The notes under the pieces are model-generated. The model had not been told where the DNA came from and searched no databases. It saw only the letters and a list, made by a program, of their open reading frames with translations. 64,000 bases of DNA. Origin: Candidatus Methanomethylicia archaeon (lineage in GTDB: Archaea > Thermoproteota > Methanomethylicia > Nezhaarchaeales > B40-G2). This document shows, piece by piece, positions 29,674 through 39,421 of the stretch. Position 1 is the first letter of the stretch; each line of letters opens with the position of its first letter. Both the position numbers and the translations under genes were made by a program. The stretch lies in NCBI GenBank assembly GCA_029259155.1, contig JAPDJI010000026.1, positions 8,445 through 72,444 on the forward strand, given 5' to 3'.

Positions 29674-30367
29674 GCAACGCTTTCCTAAAAGCTCCAGCCA
29701 GTAAAGTAGCTTCACGTTTAGCCAAGAATCCTCTACCCATCAAGTTCTTGAGGGCCTTCATGGTCAAGTCCAGCTTAGCTCCATGTATACCTGAAGCTAC
29801 CATTAAACCCTCGAAGTGCTTTAAGGCAGCTTCCACCACTTTTCTATCAGCAGGCTTAGCGTAGCTCACCTTACCTTTAGCTTTAAACGCTTTATAGAGC
29901 TCGTAAAAAACTACGGCGGCCGCTGTAACCACGTTCAATACTGGGTACTTGGGGTTTGAAGGTATGGTGACTAATACATCACACCTCTCCAACTCCTTAT
30001 TGAGCAACCCTATGCTTTCCCTGCCGAAAAGCAGAGCTACCGTACCCCTTGGAGCCTCAGTTAACCTCTTGGCCAGCTCCTCAGGGAAGATCGTGATCCT
30101 TCTAAGGTTAGAGGGGCTTCTACTAATTTTCGCCGTGGTACCTACCACACAGTCTACGCCCTCTAAAGCCTCGTCTAGGCTTCCTACGATCTTAGCCTTT
30201 TCCAAGACCTCAACGCCATGAGACGCGTAAGCTCTAGCTTCAACCCCAACCGTCACCTTAGGGTTGACCAAGTAAAGCTGTGTGAGGCCGAAGTTCTTCA
30301 TGGCCCTAGCCACACCCCCTATATTACCTTCCTTCTCCGGCTCAACTAAGACCACCCTGATTCTCAC
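29657..30367 (-). CDS. trmJ: TrmJ-family tRNA 2'-O-methyltransferase (SPOUT)
   Basis: GNIGGVARAMKNFG, FGRESIGL.NKEL, IPSNPKYPVLN. Confidence 0.92.
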   Translation of the reverse strand: MRIRVVLVEPEKEGNIGGVARAMKNFGLTQLYLVNPKVTVGVEARAYASHGVEVLEKAKIVGSLDEALEGVDCVVGTTAKISRSPSNLRRITIFPEELAKRLTEAPRGTVALLFGRESIGLLNKELERCDVLVTIPSNPKYPVLNVVTAAAVVFYELYKAFKAKGKVSYAKPADRKVVEAALKHFEGLMVASGIHGAKLDLTMKALKNLMGRGFLAKREATLLAGAFRKALLRVSS

Positions 30368-30479
30368 TTCAATTCCCCCTCAAGTTAATCATAGAGGCTA
30401 CACCTAAACCTTGTCTCGAAAAGGCTAAAGTTTAAATCGAGCTTACAACCCCCTCCTCCAGAGTTCGAGGTGGAAAAAC

Positions 30480-30992
30480 ATGCCTCTTCGTCCAGCAAAG
30501 TGCTACACGAGGCTAAGCGGCCCAGCCTACACTAGGCGAGAGTATATAGGGTCAGGGCTCCACCCTAAGGTAGTCAAATTTAGGATGGGAAACCCTCACG
30601 GAGACTTCGACGTAGAACTTAAGCTAGTAGCGAAGGAGGCTGGGCAGATTAGGCATAATGCTTTGGAGGCTGCTAGGCTCATGGCCAGCAAGTTTCTTGC
30701 CACTAGGCTCACGGACCAAAGCTACTACCTGATCATTCATACTTACCCCCACCACATACTGCGCGAGAACAAGATGATGGCCTTCGCTGGCGCAGATAGG
30801 CTACAGGACGGCATGAGGCTGGCTTTCGGAGACCCTGTCGGCTTAGCTGCCAGGGTCAACTCTGGCAGCGTCGTTATGACGGTTAAGACGAGAAGCGACA
30901 AGGTAAATTTGGCTAAGGAGGCGTTGAAGAGGGCAGCCTCTAAGCTACCTATACCTTGCAGGATAACCATGGAGCCATTGAAGAAGGATTAA
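30480..30992 (+). CDS. rpl10e: 50S ribosomal protein L10e (uL16)
   Basis: MPLRPAKCY, RENKM..AGADRLQDGMRLAFG. Confidence 0.98.
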   Translation: MPLRPAKCYTRLSGPAYTRREYIGSGLHPKVVKFRMGNPHGDFDVELKLVAKEAGQIRHNALEAARLMASKFLATRLTDQSYYLIIHTYPHHILRENKMMAFAGADRLQDGMRLAFGDPVGLAARVNSGSVVMTVKTRSDKVNLAKEALKRAASKLPIPCRITMEPLKKD

Positions 30993-31003
30993 GGCGTTTT
31001 AAC

Positions 31004-31471
31004 GTGTATGCCCGAGGACACCTCGGGCTAGCCCTCTTAATATCGTTTGGCCTCTTAGTCCTCCTTAAAGTAAAAGACTTTAATGCTGTACTAGTAGCCG
31101 CTATCGCAACAGCGCTCTCGACGCTTCCTGACGTAGATCTTAAGCTTGGGCTTCCCCATAGGAAGTACACCCATAATGTAACGGTTGGTGTCATCGCGGG
31201 CGTGGCTGTCGGCATCCTTTTCTTGGACACCTCCATAGGCTTCTTAGGGGGGTTCCTAGGAGGGTTTGGAGGGGTCCTCCTACACCTAATAGGAGACGCT
31301 TTCACTCATAGAAGCTTCAAGCCGTTCCTTCCTTTTTCAGAGCTTGAAGTAGGGTTTAAGGTCTTCAGGTCTAGTAACCGTTTAGTCAATGAAGGCTTCT
31401 TATGCCTAGGTTTAGCTGTCACGGCACTTTACATCATCATCGTCCACGCCAAGCTCCTTAACCCTTGGTAA
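31004..31471 (+). CDS. Membrane-bound metal-dependent hydrolase (YdjM/DUF457 family)
   Basis: MYARGH (GTG at 31004 preferred over overlapping 30956), LPDVD, HRKYTHN, HLIGDAFT. Confidence 0.85.
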   Translation: MYARGHLGLALLISFGLLVLLKVKDFNAVLVAAIATALSTLPDVDLKLGLPHRKYTHNVTVGVIAGVAVGILFLDTSIGFLGGFLGGFGGVLLHLIGDAFTHRSFKPFLPFSELEVGFKVFRSSNRLVNEGFLCLGLAVTALYIIIVHAKLLNPW

Positions 31472-31682
31472 TTAATAAGATAACCCTACTGCATGGACGT
31501 AGCAATAAAATCTTCGATCACTTGACGCCTTGACCTTAGCCCCTTTTCAACTAACTAGATACCATTGAAAGCTCCCTGCCCAACGAAATAGGAGGAGAAG
31601 CAGTGGTTATATCTAGGACTATAACAATCAATGACTGTGAAGTACATTCGCCCAGCATTCATGGTAGAGACAGGGAGAAGCC

Positions 31683-32447
31683 TTGGAACTTGAAGTCATG
31701 GTCATCTTAACGCAGCTAGGAAACTTCATTACGTGGCTTTTCGCTGCCTTCATACTTCAATGGAGAGGCAAAGCAAAGGAGGCAAGAACTCTCACCGCTG
31801 GCCTACTGGTTTGCTTCATTCTATCTACTGTACTTAAACATTTACTTAAGCTCCCAAGACCACCCATCGAAGGATGGTTAACAACCGTAGAAGACCCCTA
31901 TGGGTTTCCAAGCGGACACGCAACAATAGCCTTCTTCGTAGCTACATATTTCTCCTTGAAAGATAAGAGAGCGTTGATCCTATACCCTATGGCTATCACG
32001 GTCGCCTTCACCAGAGTAGCCCTTGGCGTCCATTACATACACGACCTCATCGGTGGAGCACTGCTTGGCATAGCAATAGCTTTCATCTCTAACTACGCGG
32101 AGAAGCTTAATCTAAAGATGGACCCAAAGGTTATCTTAGCGCTAACCATACCTCTAAGCATCGCGCTCTACGCCGCCTTCCCTTTGAGACCTAGCCTTGC
32201 AAGCGGATTAACGTTGGGGCTGGCACTTTCATACATCATTAAGTCTGATGGAAACACGCTTAGCCCTCTCTACATGCTTGTAGGTCTCCTACTTGCCGCC
32301 CTATTCCTTGTTTGTTACGAATACTCAGGGTTAGTAGTTGTAGAAGTTATTTCCTCGTGTGCTTTCATCCTATATCCGTTGTCGATACATCCAAAGATCT
32401 ATGAATCGATGCTTACAGAAGACCTATTGGCCGAGCAAGGAGCCTAG
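31683..32447 (+). CDS. PAP2-family membrane phosphatase
   Basis: K-x6-RP, FPSGH, TRVALGVHYIHDLIGG. Confidence 0.92.
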   Translation: MELEVMVILTQLGNFITWLFAAFILQWRGKAKEARTLTAGLLVCFILSTVLKHLLKLPRPPIEGWLTTVEDPYGFPSGHATIAFFVATYFSLKDKRALILYPMAITVAFTRVALGVHYIHDLIGGALLGIAIAFISNYAEKLNLKMDPKVILALTIPLSIALYAAFPLRPSLASGLTLGLALSYIIKSDGNTLSPLYMLVGLLLAALFLVCYEYSGLVVVEVISSCAFILYPLSIHPKIYESMLTEDLLAEQGA

Positions 32448-32536
32448 AAGACCATGAACTCAAAAGTTAAGATTCAGCAACAAGGAGTTTCAGGACCGAG
32501 AAACTAAGTCGTACCCAATGTCCTTGGGTAAAGGCC

Positions 32537-33241
32537 TTGAACATGGAGGATACACTAAACTTTGTGAAAGAGCTATTAGCATCCATCCCAGGAGGTAAAG
32601 GAGTTGAAGTAAAGGTAAAGAGGTTAAAGCTCATCAATACTAGAGCAGGGTTCTGGAACAGGAAAATCATAGTTACTCAGGGGTTTCTCAAGGCATTAAA
32701 AGAGAACTATCTTGAGATAGATGAAGCTAAAGCTATCTTAGCCCATGAAATAGGCCACTTAGAGAGCCCAACGTTCAATAGAAACTTAGCTAAGCTAATG
32801 GCCATCGCATCTATGATAGGCCTAGCGTTGATCCTTATATTTAAGTACCTAGTTTCACCATTAATCCAAGGGGCTTTAACCTACATCCTATTCCTCATAG
32901 CCCAATTGAGTAACAATCTATTCGAAGCCTTAACGCTGTGGTTTTTCATCGCTGTGATACCAACTGCGATGGCAACTACATTAATCATAGTCGCAGTCAC
33001 CTTAATCATCCTAAGACTAATAACCAAGAAGATCTACTGGCCTGAAGAACTCTATGCTGATCAATACGCCGCTAAGACTGTAGGAACAGAAAGCTTGATC
33101 AAGGCTCTATCTAAGATCGCAAAGCAGCATGGTAAACCATTAACTCCCAGTGAAAAAATGCTCAAAGCGATAGCTAAACTCGTTAAACCACATCCACCAC
33201 TACACCATAGAATCGAGAAGGCCAAGACTCTTAACGGCTGA
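32537..33241 (+). CDS. M48/HtpX-like membrane zinc metalloprotease
   Basis: AILAHEIGH, EELYADQYA, HPPLHHRI; TM segments between the motifs. Confidence 0.88.
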   Translation: MNMEDTLNFVKELLASIPGGKGVEVKVKRLKLINTRAGFWNRKIIVTQGFLKALKENYLEIDEAKAILAHEIGHLESPTFNRNLAKLMAIASMIGLALILIFKYLVSPLIQGALTYILFLIAQLSNNLFEALTLWFFIAVIPTAMATTLIIVAVTLIILRLITKKIYWPEELYADQYAAKTVGTESLIKALSKIAKQHGKPLTPSEKMLKAIAKLVKPHPPLHHRIEKAKTLNG

Positions 33242-33322
33242 GGCAACAACTTAAGATGCTCTAAAACCTAAAGTTCATACATGGAGATAACGTTAAGATA
33301 AAAATATAGGATTGTCGTTATT

Positions 33323-35743
33323 TCATTCAGACCATAGAAGTTCTAGCTTCTCTTCTTCGCCGCGGCGCTGAAGCTCGGCCAGGCGTTCAAGCATCACCTT
33401 ACGTTCCACGCTAGCCACTAAACGACGTGTCCGGGTCACCACGTCAGGGTTCACGCTGATGCTATCAATGCCACAGCGCACTAAGAACTCTGTAAACTCA
33501 GGATACACGCTTGGGCCTTGCCCACAGATGCTTACGGTCACGCCGTAGCGGTGGGCTGTCTTAATTAAATGCTCGATCGCTCGCCTCACAGCTGGGTCAC
33601 GTTCATCAAAATACCTCGGATCGATCTCTGGTAGAATTTGTGAGTCACGGTCCGTCCCGAGGATAAGCTGTGTCAAATCGTTGCTGCCGATGCTGAACCC
33701 ATCAAAGTACTTGCAGAACTCGTCCGCAAGGAATATGATTGACGGCACCTCAGCCATAGCCCAAACCTTAAAGTCGCGCCCACGGGGCAGGCCCTCCTCC
33801 TCCATAAGCTGTAGTACTTCCTCAACCTCCCAAGTAGCTCTGACAAAAGGCAGCATGACCCACACGTTCTTCAATCCCATCTCGTCTCGAACCTTCTTGA
33901 TCGCCTTCAACTCGAGCCTGAAAGCATCGCGGTACTGGGGGCTGACGTAGCGACTGACACCTCTCCATCCGAGCATAGGGTTATCCTCTGATGGCTCATA
34001 CTTCTCTCCACCTTTGAGCTTACGGTATTCGTTAGTTTTGAAGTCGGAGAGGCGTACAACGACTGGTCGTGGATATATTTCGCGGGCTACCATGGCGATG
34101 CCTTCAGCCAGCTTATCTATGAACTTTTGTTGCTGGCCTGTTTCGAGAAGGTAGAGTGGATGTTCGCCTATCCAGCTGGCCATGATGAACTCGATGCGCA
34201 TAAGGCCTATTCCGTCGAAGGGTAGGTTCTTGTACTCAGTTATCTTCTCGGGGACGCCTAGGTTCATGTATATCTTGGTGGCTGTGATTGGCGCCATCTC
34301 CATAGCCATGAGGGCTGTAGGCGCCGCGGCAGCTGGGGCGGGTGGAGCGGCAGCCGATATTACGGCTTCCACCTTACCTTCGTACACTACGCCTGTCTTA
34401 GCGTCCACGGTATATTCTTGACCCGTCTTCATGAGTTTGGTGGCATTACCTGTGCCTACGATGGCCGGTATGCCTAGTTCTCGGCTTACGATGGCTGCGT
34501 GACATGTCATTCCTCCATCGTCGGTTACGATAGCACTAGCGACGCGCATGTAAGGTACCCAGTCAGGGTTGGTCATCTTGGTAACGAGGATATCCCCTTT
34601 ATTGAAGCTAGTAGCTAGCTCCTCGGGGCTAAAAGCTACACGGGCAACGCCGTAAGCTATTCCTGGGCTGGCTGGTAGACCTTTAAGGAGAGGAGCAGCA
34701 GTTATCGTCGGGCCAGCTGTAGGCGCTGTGGGTGCAGCGGCTCGCTGGCCCCATATGGTTTCTGCTCGGCTTTGAACTATGAAGACGTTTTCTGGGAAGG
34801 GTAAGTCACGGTCAATGGCCCACTCTATGTCCTGGGGCCTCCCGTAATGTTTCTCGATCTTTATTGCCAGCTCGGCTAGGCGTTTAATCTCGTCTTGGTT
34901 AATGCAGGGTTGGCGTCTACGTTCAGGTGGGACCTCTGCGTGGATGGTTTTGCCCGTGACAGGGTCGCGTATGTACTCTATGGTCTTCTCGGCAATCTCT
35001 TGCTCCACAACTTCGAGGGTGTTTTTATCGACGATGAAGCGGTCAGGCGTGACCGAGCCACTTACCACGCTTTCGCCTAGTCCCCAGTTGCCTTCAATCA
35101 CTATCTTTGAAGGGTCGCCGGTTACTGGGTGTATGGTGAACATTACCCCGGCAGCCTTGGAGTTCACCATTTTCTGGACGACCACACTTATCAACACCTT
35201 CTCGTGCGGGAAGCCTTTCTGCTGGCGGTAGAAGATGGCTCGCGGCGTAAAGAGGCTTGACCAGCACTGAACAGTTTTCTCGAGGAGCTCTTCCTCTCCC
35301 CTGACGTTTAGGTAAGTCTCCTGTTGACCTGCAAAGCTCGCGTCTGGTAAGTCCTCGGCGGTGGCGCTTGATCGAACAGCTACGTACGCTTCTTGTAAAC
35401 CTACCCGCTTAGATAACTCACGGTACTGTTTGACAATAGCCTCCTTTATTTCCTTAGGCATAGGGGTGGCTTCAATGAACTTACGTATTTCTCGGCTGGC
35501 GTCTTCGTAGCCTTTAGGGTCGTTGACCTCCTTAACGTGGTCCTTTATAACCTGATATATGCGTTGAGCTATCCCTGTTTTTTCAAGGAAGAACTTGTAA
35601 GCTTGAGCAGTTATGACAAAGCCTGGAGGTACAGGTATGCCCGCGTTGAGCATCTCACCTAGGTTTGCCCCCTTACCTCCAGCCTTCGGTATATCCTCCT
35701 TCCTTATCTCCTCAAACCATAGGGTAAAGACTGGCAGAGACAT
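33323..35743 (-). CDS. ppsA: Phosphoenolpyruvate synthase
   Basis: GGKGANLGEM, VRSSATAEDLPDASFAGQQ, GGMTCHAAIVSRE, NPMLGWRG, SIGSNDLTQ. Confidence 0.98.
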   Translation of the reverse strand: MSLPVFTLWFEEIRKEDIPKAGGKGANLGEMLNAGIPVPPGFVITAQAYKFFLEKTGIAQRIYQVIKDHVKEVNDPKGYEDASREIRKFIEATPMPKEIKEAIVKQYRELSKRVGLQEAYVAVRSSATAEDLPDASFAGQQETYLNVRGEEELLEKTVQCWSSLFTPRAIFYRQQKGFPHEKVLISVVVQKMVNSKAAGVMFTIHPVTGDPSKIVIEGNWGLGESVVSGSVTPDRFIVDKNTLEVVEQEIAEKTIEYIRDPVTGKTIHAEVPPERRRQPCINQDEIKRLAELAIKIEKHYGRPQDIEWAIDRDLPFPENVFIVQSRAETIWGQRAAAPTAPTAGPTITAAPLLKGLPASPGIAYGVARVAFSPEELATSFNKGDILVTKMTNPDWVPYMRVASAIVTDDGGMTCHAAIVSRELGIPAIVGTGNATKLMKTGQEYTVDAKTGVVYEGKVEAVISAAAPPAPAAAAPTALMAMEMAPITATKIYMNLGVPEKITEYKNLPFDGIGLMRIEFIMASWIGEHPLYLLETGQQQKFIDKLAEGIAMVAREIYPRPVVVRLSDFKTNEYRKLKGGEKYEPSEDNPMLGWRGVSRYVSPQYRDAFRLELKAIKKVRDEMGLKNVWVMLPFVRATWEVEEVLQLMEEEGLPRGRDFKVWAMAEVPSIIFLADEFCKYFDGFSIGSNDLTQLILGTDRDSQILPEIDPRYFDERDPAVRRAIEHLIKTAHRYGVTVSICGQGPSVYPEFTEFLVRCGIDSISVNPDVVTRTRRLVASVERKVMLERLAELQRRGEEEKLELLWSE

Positions 35744-35849
35744 GGTGTATTACCTCGTGGACAGAGCTGAACCTATACTGAGCGCACGATTTTAAAACTA
35801 ACCCCTAGCTTGAAGGCGGGGGGCCGGTAGATAATTAGCTACCTAAGGG

Positions 35850-36944
35850 ATGATTTTGATGGGGCCCTGTTTGATCCCTATCCTAGTCCACTTGGTTAGG
35901 AAGGTGACTAGACTTTTTAGATCGATTAAAGCGTCAAGGATTCCTTACGTAGCAGTAGGCTTCTTGGCTGTAGTACTGTTCAACTCGTTCATGTTCTGGC
36001 TTGTTGAAGGCCACGTTCAGGGGTTAAGCTTAATGGACGCAGTGTACTGGGCTTTCATAACCACAGCCACCATCGGCTATGGCGACGTGGTCCCCCATAG
36101 CTGGGCTGGAAGGATAGTAGCCGTTGAGACCGCCGTGACTGGAATTATAGTGTTCACTGCTTTTGTATCTGTTCTAGCAGAGTATTACGCGTCGCTTAGC
36201 TACCGGAGGTTAATGGGGTTGCATAGCGTAGGTTTCAAGGAGCACTACGTGGTGATCGGTAAGGGGGGCAGCTTGGAAGCGGTGGTGTCTGAGCTCGATG
36301 TCAATATGAAGAGCGGCAACATTCCCAGGCGAAGGATAGTAGTTATTGTCCCAAGCTCAGAGGAGAAGGAGGAGTTATCGATACCTGAAGGGGTAGAGGT
36401 GCTGGTAGGAGACCCCTTAATCCACGAAGTACTAGAGAGAGCAAACGTAGAGGAGGCCGGGACTCTAATAATCGCAGCTGATGACGACTCCACCACAGCC
36501 TTAACAATATTGGCTGTGAAGAGGGCTGCGAAAGGTAAAGAGGTGAAGATAATAGCCGAGGCGAAACGTAAGGAGAGCATACCCTTGATAAGGGAAGCTG
36601 GAGCTGATCACGTTGTTTCAACGAGCTGTTTTAGCGGTAGGCTGCTCGCCAGCGCGGCTTTCGAAGCTCCAGTAGCAATGCTGCTTGACGACATATCTAC
36701 AGCTGTCAAAGGCAAAGACCTCGCAGTCATATCAGCAAAAAGGTTTAAGGGTATGAAGTACGTCGATGTCTTCCATGAGTTGATGGATAAGCACAACATA
36801 ATGCCAATAGCCGTGGTTAAAGGTAGGCTCGTGATGTATCCTCCAAGGCTTGACGAGGAGTTAGTTGAGGACGACGGGTTAGTGGTGCTAGGAGAGGTAG
36901 AAAAACTTAGACTTTTAAGGAAGGAAGCTGCTTCCTCGACTTAA
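35850..36944 (+). CDS. Potassium channel, 2TM pore plus RCK/TrkA-N domain (MthK-like)
   Basis: Selectivity filter TATIGYGD; HYVVIG, GDP..EVLERANV, AGADHVV. Confidence 0.93.
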   Translation: MILMGPCLIPILVHLVRKVTRLFRSIKASRIPYVAVGFLAVVLFNSFMFWLVEGHVQGLSLMDAVYWAFITTATIGYGDVVPHSWAGRIVAVETAVTGIIVFTAFVSVLAEYYASLSYRRLMGLHSVGFKEHYVVIGKGGSLEAVVSELDVNMKSGNIPRRRIVVIVPSSEEKEELSIPEGVEVLVGDPLIHEVLERANVEEAGTLIIAADDDSTTALTILAVKRAAKGKEVKIIAEAKRKESIPLIREAGADHVVSTSCFSGRLLASAAFEAPVAMLLDDISTAVKGKDLAVISAKRFKGMKYVDVFHELMDKHNIMPIAVVKGRLVMYPPRLDEELVEDDGLVVLGEVEKLRLLRKEAASST

Positions 36945-37310
36945 GAGGCTTGTTTTTAAGGAAAATGATTTCAATGAATAGGTTTCCGACTACCAAGACC
37001 GTTGCTAACACGAGCAAGACCAAGGTCTTCTTCCTCAAAGATAGGCATTGGCCAATAACGATAAAGTAGGTTGATATGAAAAGCCCGCTAAGAACCACAT
37101 GTAGTCTATGCTCGGTAATGGTCATTTATTGCACATAATACATGTCTCTGAGAGTAGAAAAGCTGCTGCGAGGAAACACGTAGCGGAGACCCACTTAACC
37201 CCCCTTCGCCACCGGTAAATCAATCCGTAACCTATCATAGCAAGAAGAACAGGAAACAAGTATGCTAAGATACCTTGCTCAGGAACCACTCTTCCGATCT
37301 CAAAAAACCA
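36907..37310 (-). pseudogene. Fragments of a membrane protein in two frames
   Basis: 37310-37122 reads WFFEIGRVVPEQGILAYLFPVLLAMIGYGLIYRWRRGVKWVSATCFLAAAFLL...; 37125-36907 continues with two more hydrophobic segments. The two pieces overlap at ATGA. Confidence 0.4.
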
Positions 37311-37758
37311 GTGTCGAGTTCTCTATGTGAACTCTGCCATCGATCTGTACTCTTAGCTCTGAAAGAGCGTTCCTCATGTAGAGCGTTGCGCTTTTATCAA
37401 CAGCAATTAACGTCTCCCTAGGCTTAACAAGCTCACTCCCAACAGGAAGACCTGATACACCTTGTTCTAGGCCTTCCAACAACCTTGAATTCTCGATTTT
37501 TAGGTAAGCATCTGGTCCTACATAAATACGGTATTCATTTTTATATTAGTGTTTATTGTGATCTCAGAGTTCTTAATAATTAGGCTTGCGCCAGGATTAA
37601 TTATGATGTCCCCGCTCAACGAGATATCCCTATCCACCATCGTTTGGTTTCCTTCTATGATAATATCGCCCTCGATGATCTCCGTTGCTGTGACAGTGAC
37701 TGGGAGGAAAAAGCAAAGCCAAGAACATTAAGGTTATTAGAGCTGACTTATTCAACAA
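37300..37758 (-). pseudogene. Frameshifted secreted/surface protein with beta-helix-like repeats
   Basis: Signal-peptide-like LLNKSALITLMFLALL, frameshift at T5 run about 37710, FLPVTVTATEIIEGDIIIEGNQTMVDRDISLSGDIIINPGASLIIKNSEITIN, second frameshift about 37545, YKNEYRIYVGPDAYLKIENSRLLEG... Confidence 0.65.
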
Positions 37759-37835
37759 TTAAGCTTTGCCGTTTAGGAGTTAATAATCCTTTTACCTAGC
37801 TCCATGTTATGTTTAATAAAGCCAGTAAGAGAAGC

Positions 37836-38786
37836 TCAAGGTTTATCCATGTGGTCTTCTAAGTCCTTGATACCTTCTCCGGAGATCGCGAAGAAGCACT
37901 CCGCTTCAGGTCGGCTAGGGCTATCGAATATCTTAGCCGCTCGACGGTGTCCGTGGAGCTTCCTAAGCCAAAGACGGTAGGTGCAGCCATGCGCCACTAC
38001 GTTGCCCCCTACAGGGCGCTGCAACTGGAACGTGGTTAGAGAGTCTGGTACCGAGAGCACTTGGTTAGTTACCACGACAGCCAGGTTATATACGTCGGCA
38101 AGTCTAAGGAGCTGGTGGATGTGTCTATTCAGTCTCTGTTGACGTTCAGCTAAGGTCTCTCTACCACAAAATTCTCCTCTAAAGTGTCCGACGAGGCTAT
38201 CTATAACGAGGAGCTTAATCTTCTTCTCCTCTATAACCTTACTCGCCTCCTCGACAAGGAAAACCTGGTGGTCGCTATTGTAAACCCTAGCATAGATGAT
38301 GTTGTTTAAGGCCTCTTTTGGATCTAAGCCAAACCTTGAAGCTATCTCTATCAAACGCTCAGGCCTAAAAGTACCTTCCGTATCTAGGTAGAGGGCTGAA
38401 GCATCTAATCCTCCTCTTGAAAGAGGCAACTGAACCGTTACGCATAGCTGGTGACATAGCTGAGTCTTACCTACACCATACTCGCCGCAAAGCTCGGTTA
38501 TTGATTTGGTTTCAACCCCACCGCCTAGAAGGTCGTCGAGGGCTTTAGATCCGGTCGTGATGTAACCTATGGACTTCCTCCTCTCCAAGTATTCTAAAGC
38601 TGTGGTGAAGCCTAACCCTAAGGTATTCCTCGCTTCCCTACATAGCTCAACAGCTTCGTCTTCACGTAAACCTGCTACCTCCGCTATCAGTAGCGGTGGA
38701 GTAGCGGCTAGAAGCTCTAGGCTTCTAATACCTGCCTTCTCTAGCCTCTCAGCGACGTTTAACGGTATGAAGCCTACATCCACCAT
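37836..38786 (-). CDS. radA: RadA/Rad51-family recombinase (full length; canonical RadA or close paralog)
   Basis: N-terminal HhH, GFTTA polymerisation motif, GEYGVGKTQ, DTEGTFRPER, IDSL..FRGE..GRETLAERQQ. Confidence 0.85.
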   Translation of the reverse strand: MVDVGFIPLNVAERLEKAGIRSLELLAATPPLLIAEVAGLREDEAVELCREARNTLGLGFTTALEYLERRKSIGYITTGSKALDDLLGGGVETKSITELCGEYGVGKTQLCHQLCVTVQLPLSRGGLDASALYLDTEGTFRPERLIEIASRFGLDPKEALNNIIYARVYNSDHQVFLVEEASKVIEEKKIKLLVIDSLVGHFRGEFCGRETLAERQQRLNRHIHQLLRLADVYNLAVVVTNQVLSVPDSLTTFQLQRPVGGNVVAHGCTYRLWLRKLHGHRRAAKIFDSPSRPEAECFFAISGEGIKDLEDHMDKP

Positions 38787-38899
38787 GTTAATGCGCTTAA
38801 TTCTTGAGCCAGCATATAACCGAGGTAGGAGCTAAACGTCCTCTACAAGCTATCCTCACACCCCTGTAGCCGGGAGAAGACCGAAAGTGGAGGGAAAAA

Positions 38900-39226
38900 C
38901 TACCTTACCTTTGTTCCGGGAGGGACCTCGCCCTCCACGGTTAGCCAGAAGGGCTTACCGCCATAATCTGCAGCCAGCAACATGCCTTTAGACTCCACGC
39001 CAGCTATACGTTTAGCCTCTAGGTTAACGAGAGCCACGAAGAGTTTGCCTACAAAGAACTCAGGTGGATAGTACTGAGCCCCTCCAACCACCATTTCCCG
39101 GGTTTCGCCTCCTACATCAACCTTTAGCTTAAGGATCCTAGTCATGCCAGGTATGCGTTCAGCCTCCAACACTTTCACAACTCTTATGTCTAAGCGTTCA
39201 AACTCCTTAAAGGAAATCTCAGCCAA
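38900..39226 (-). CDS. Stand-alone tRNA-binding OB-fold protein (Trbp111/CsaA/MetG C-terminal-like)
   Basis: ISFKEFERLDIRV, VNLE..IAGVESKGMLLAA, PPGTKVR. Confidence 0.92.
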   Translation of the reverse strand: MAEISFKEFERLDIRVVKVLEAERIPGMTRILKLKVDVGGETREMVVGGAQYYPPEFFVGKLFVALVNLEAKRIAGVESKGMLLAADYGGKPFWLTVEGEVPPGTKVR

Positions 39227-39421
39227 TCCAGGACACCGTTGTTAACTTCGAGGGAGAAGCTTAAAGGATTTTTCGACACCTCGATCGCTACGGTTATCCT
39301 CTTGAAACTCTACGTAAAACTTTGAAGCAAGGCTTATAGGGAGGTGGATTCACGCTGAGGTGAAAAGCCTGTAATACCTATGAAAACTCAATGTACTGCG
39401 CTGTGGCTGGAGGCTTAGATC

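Noticed and set aside
35821-35830. GGGCCGGTAG identical to the first 10 nt of tRNA-Ala (possible att remnant)
   Set aside because: Only 10 bp, matches the 5' rather than the 3' end, has no cloverleaf, and is expected by chance
39330-39370. Possible hairpin or sRNA upstream of the alpha/beta hydrolase
   Set aside because: Short stems with a large asymmetric bulge and no C/D or ACA boxes in the proper arrangement
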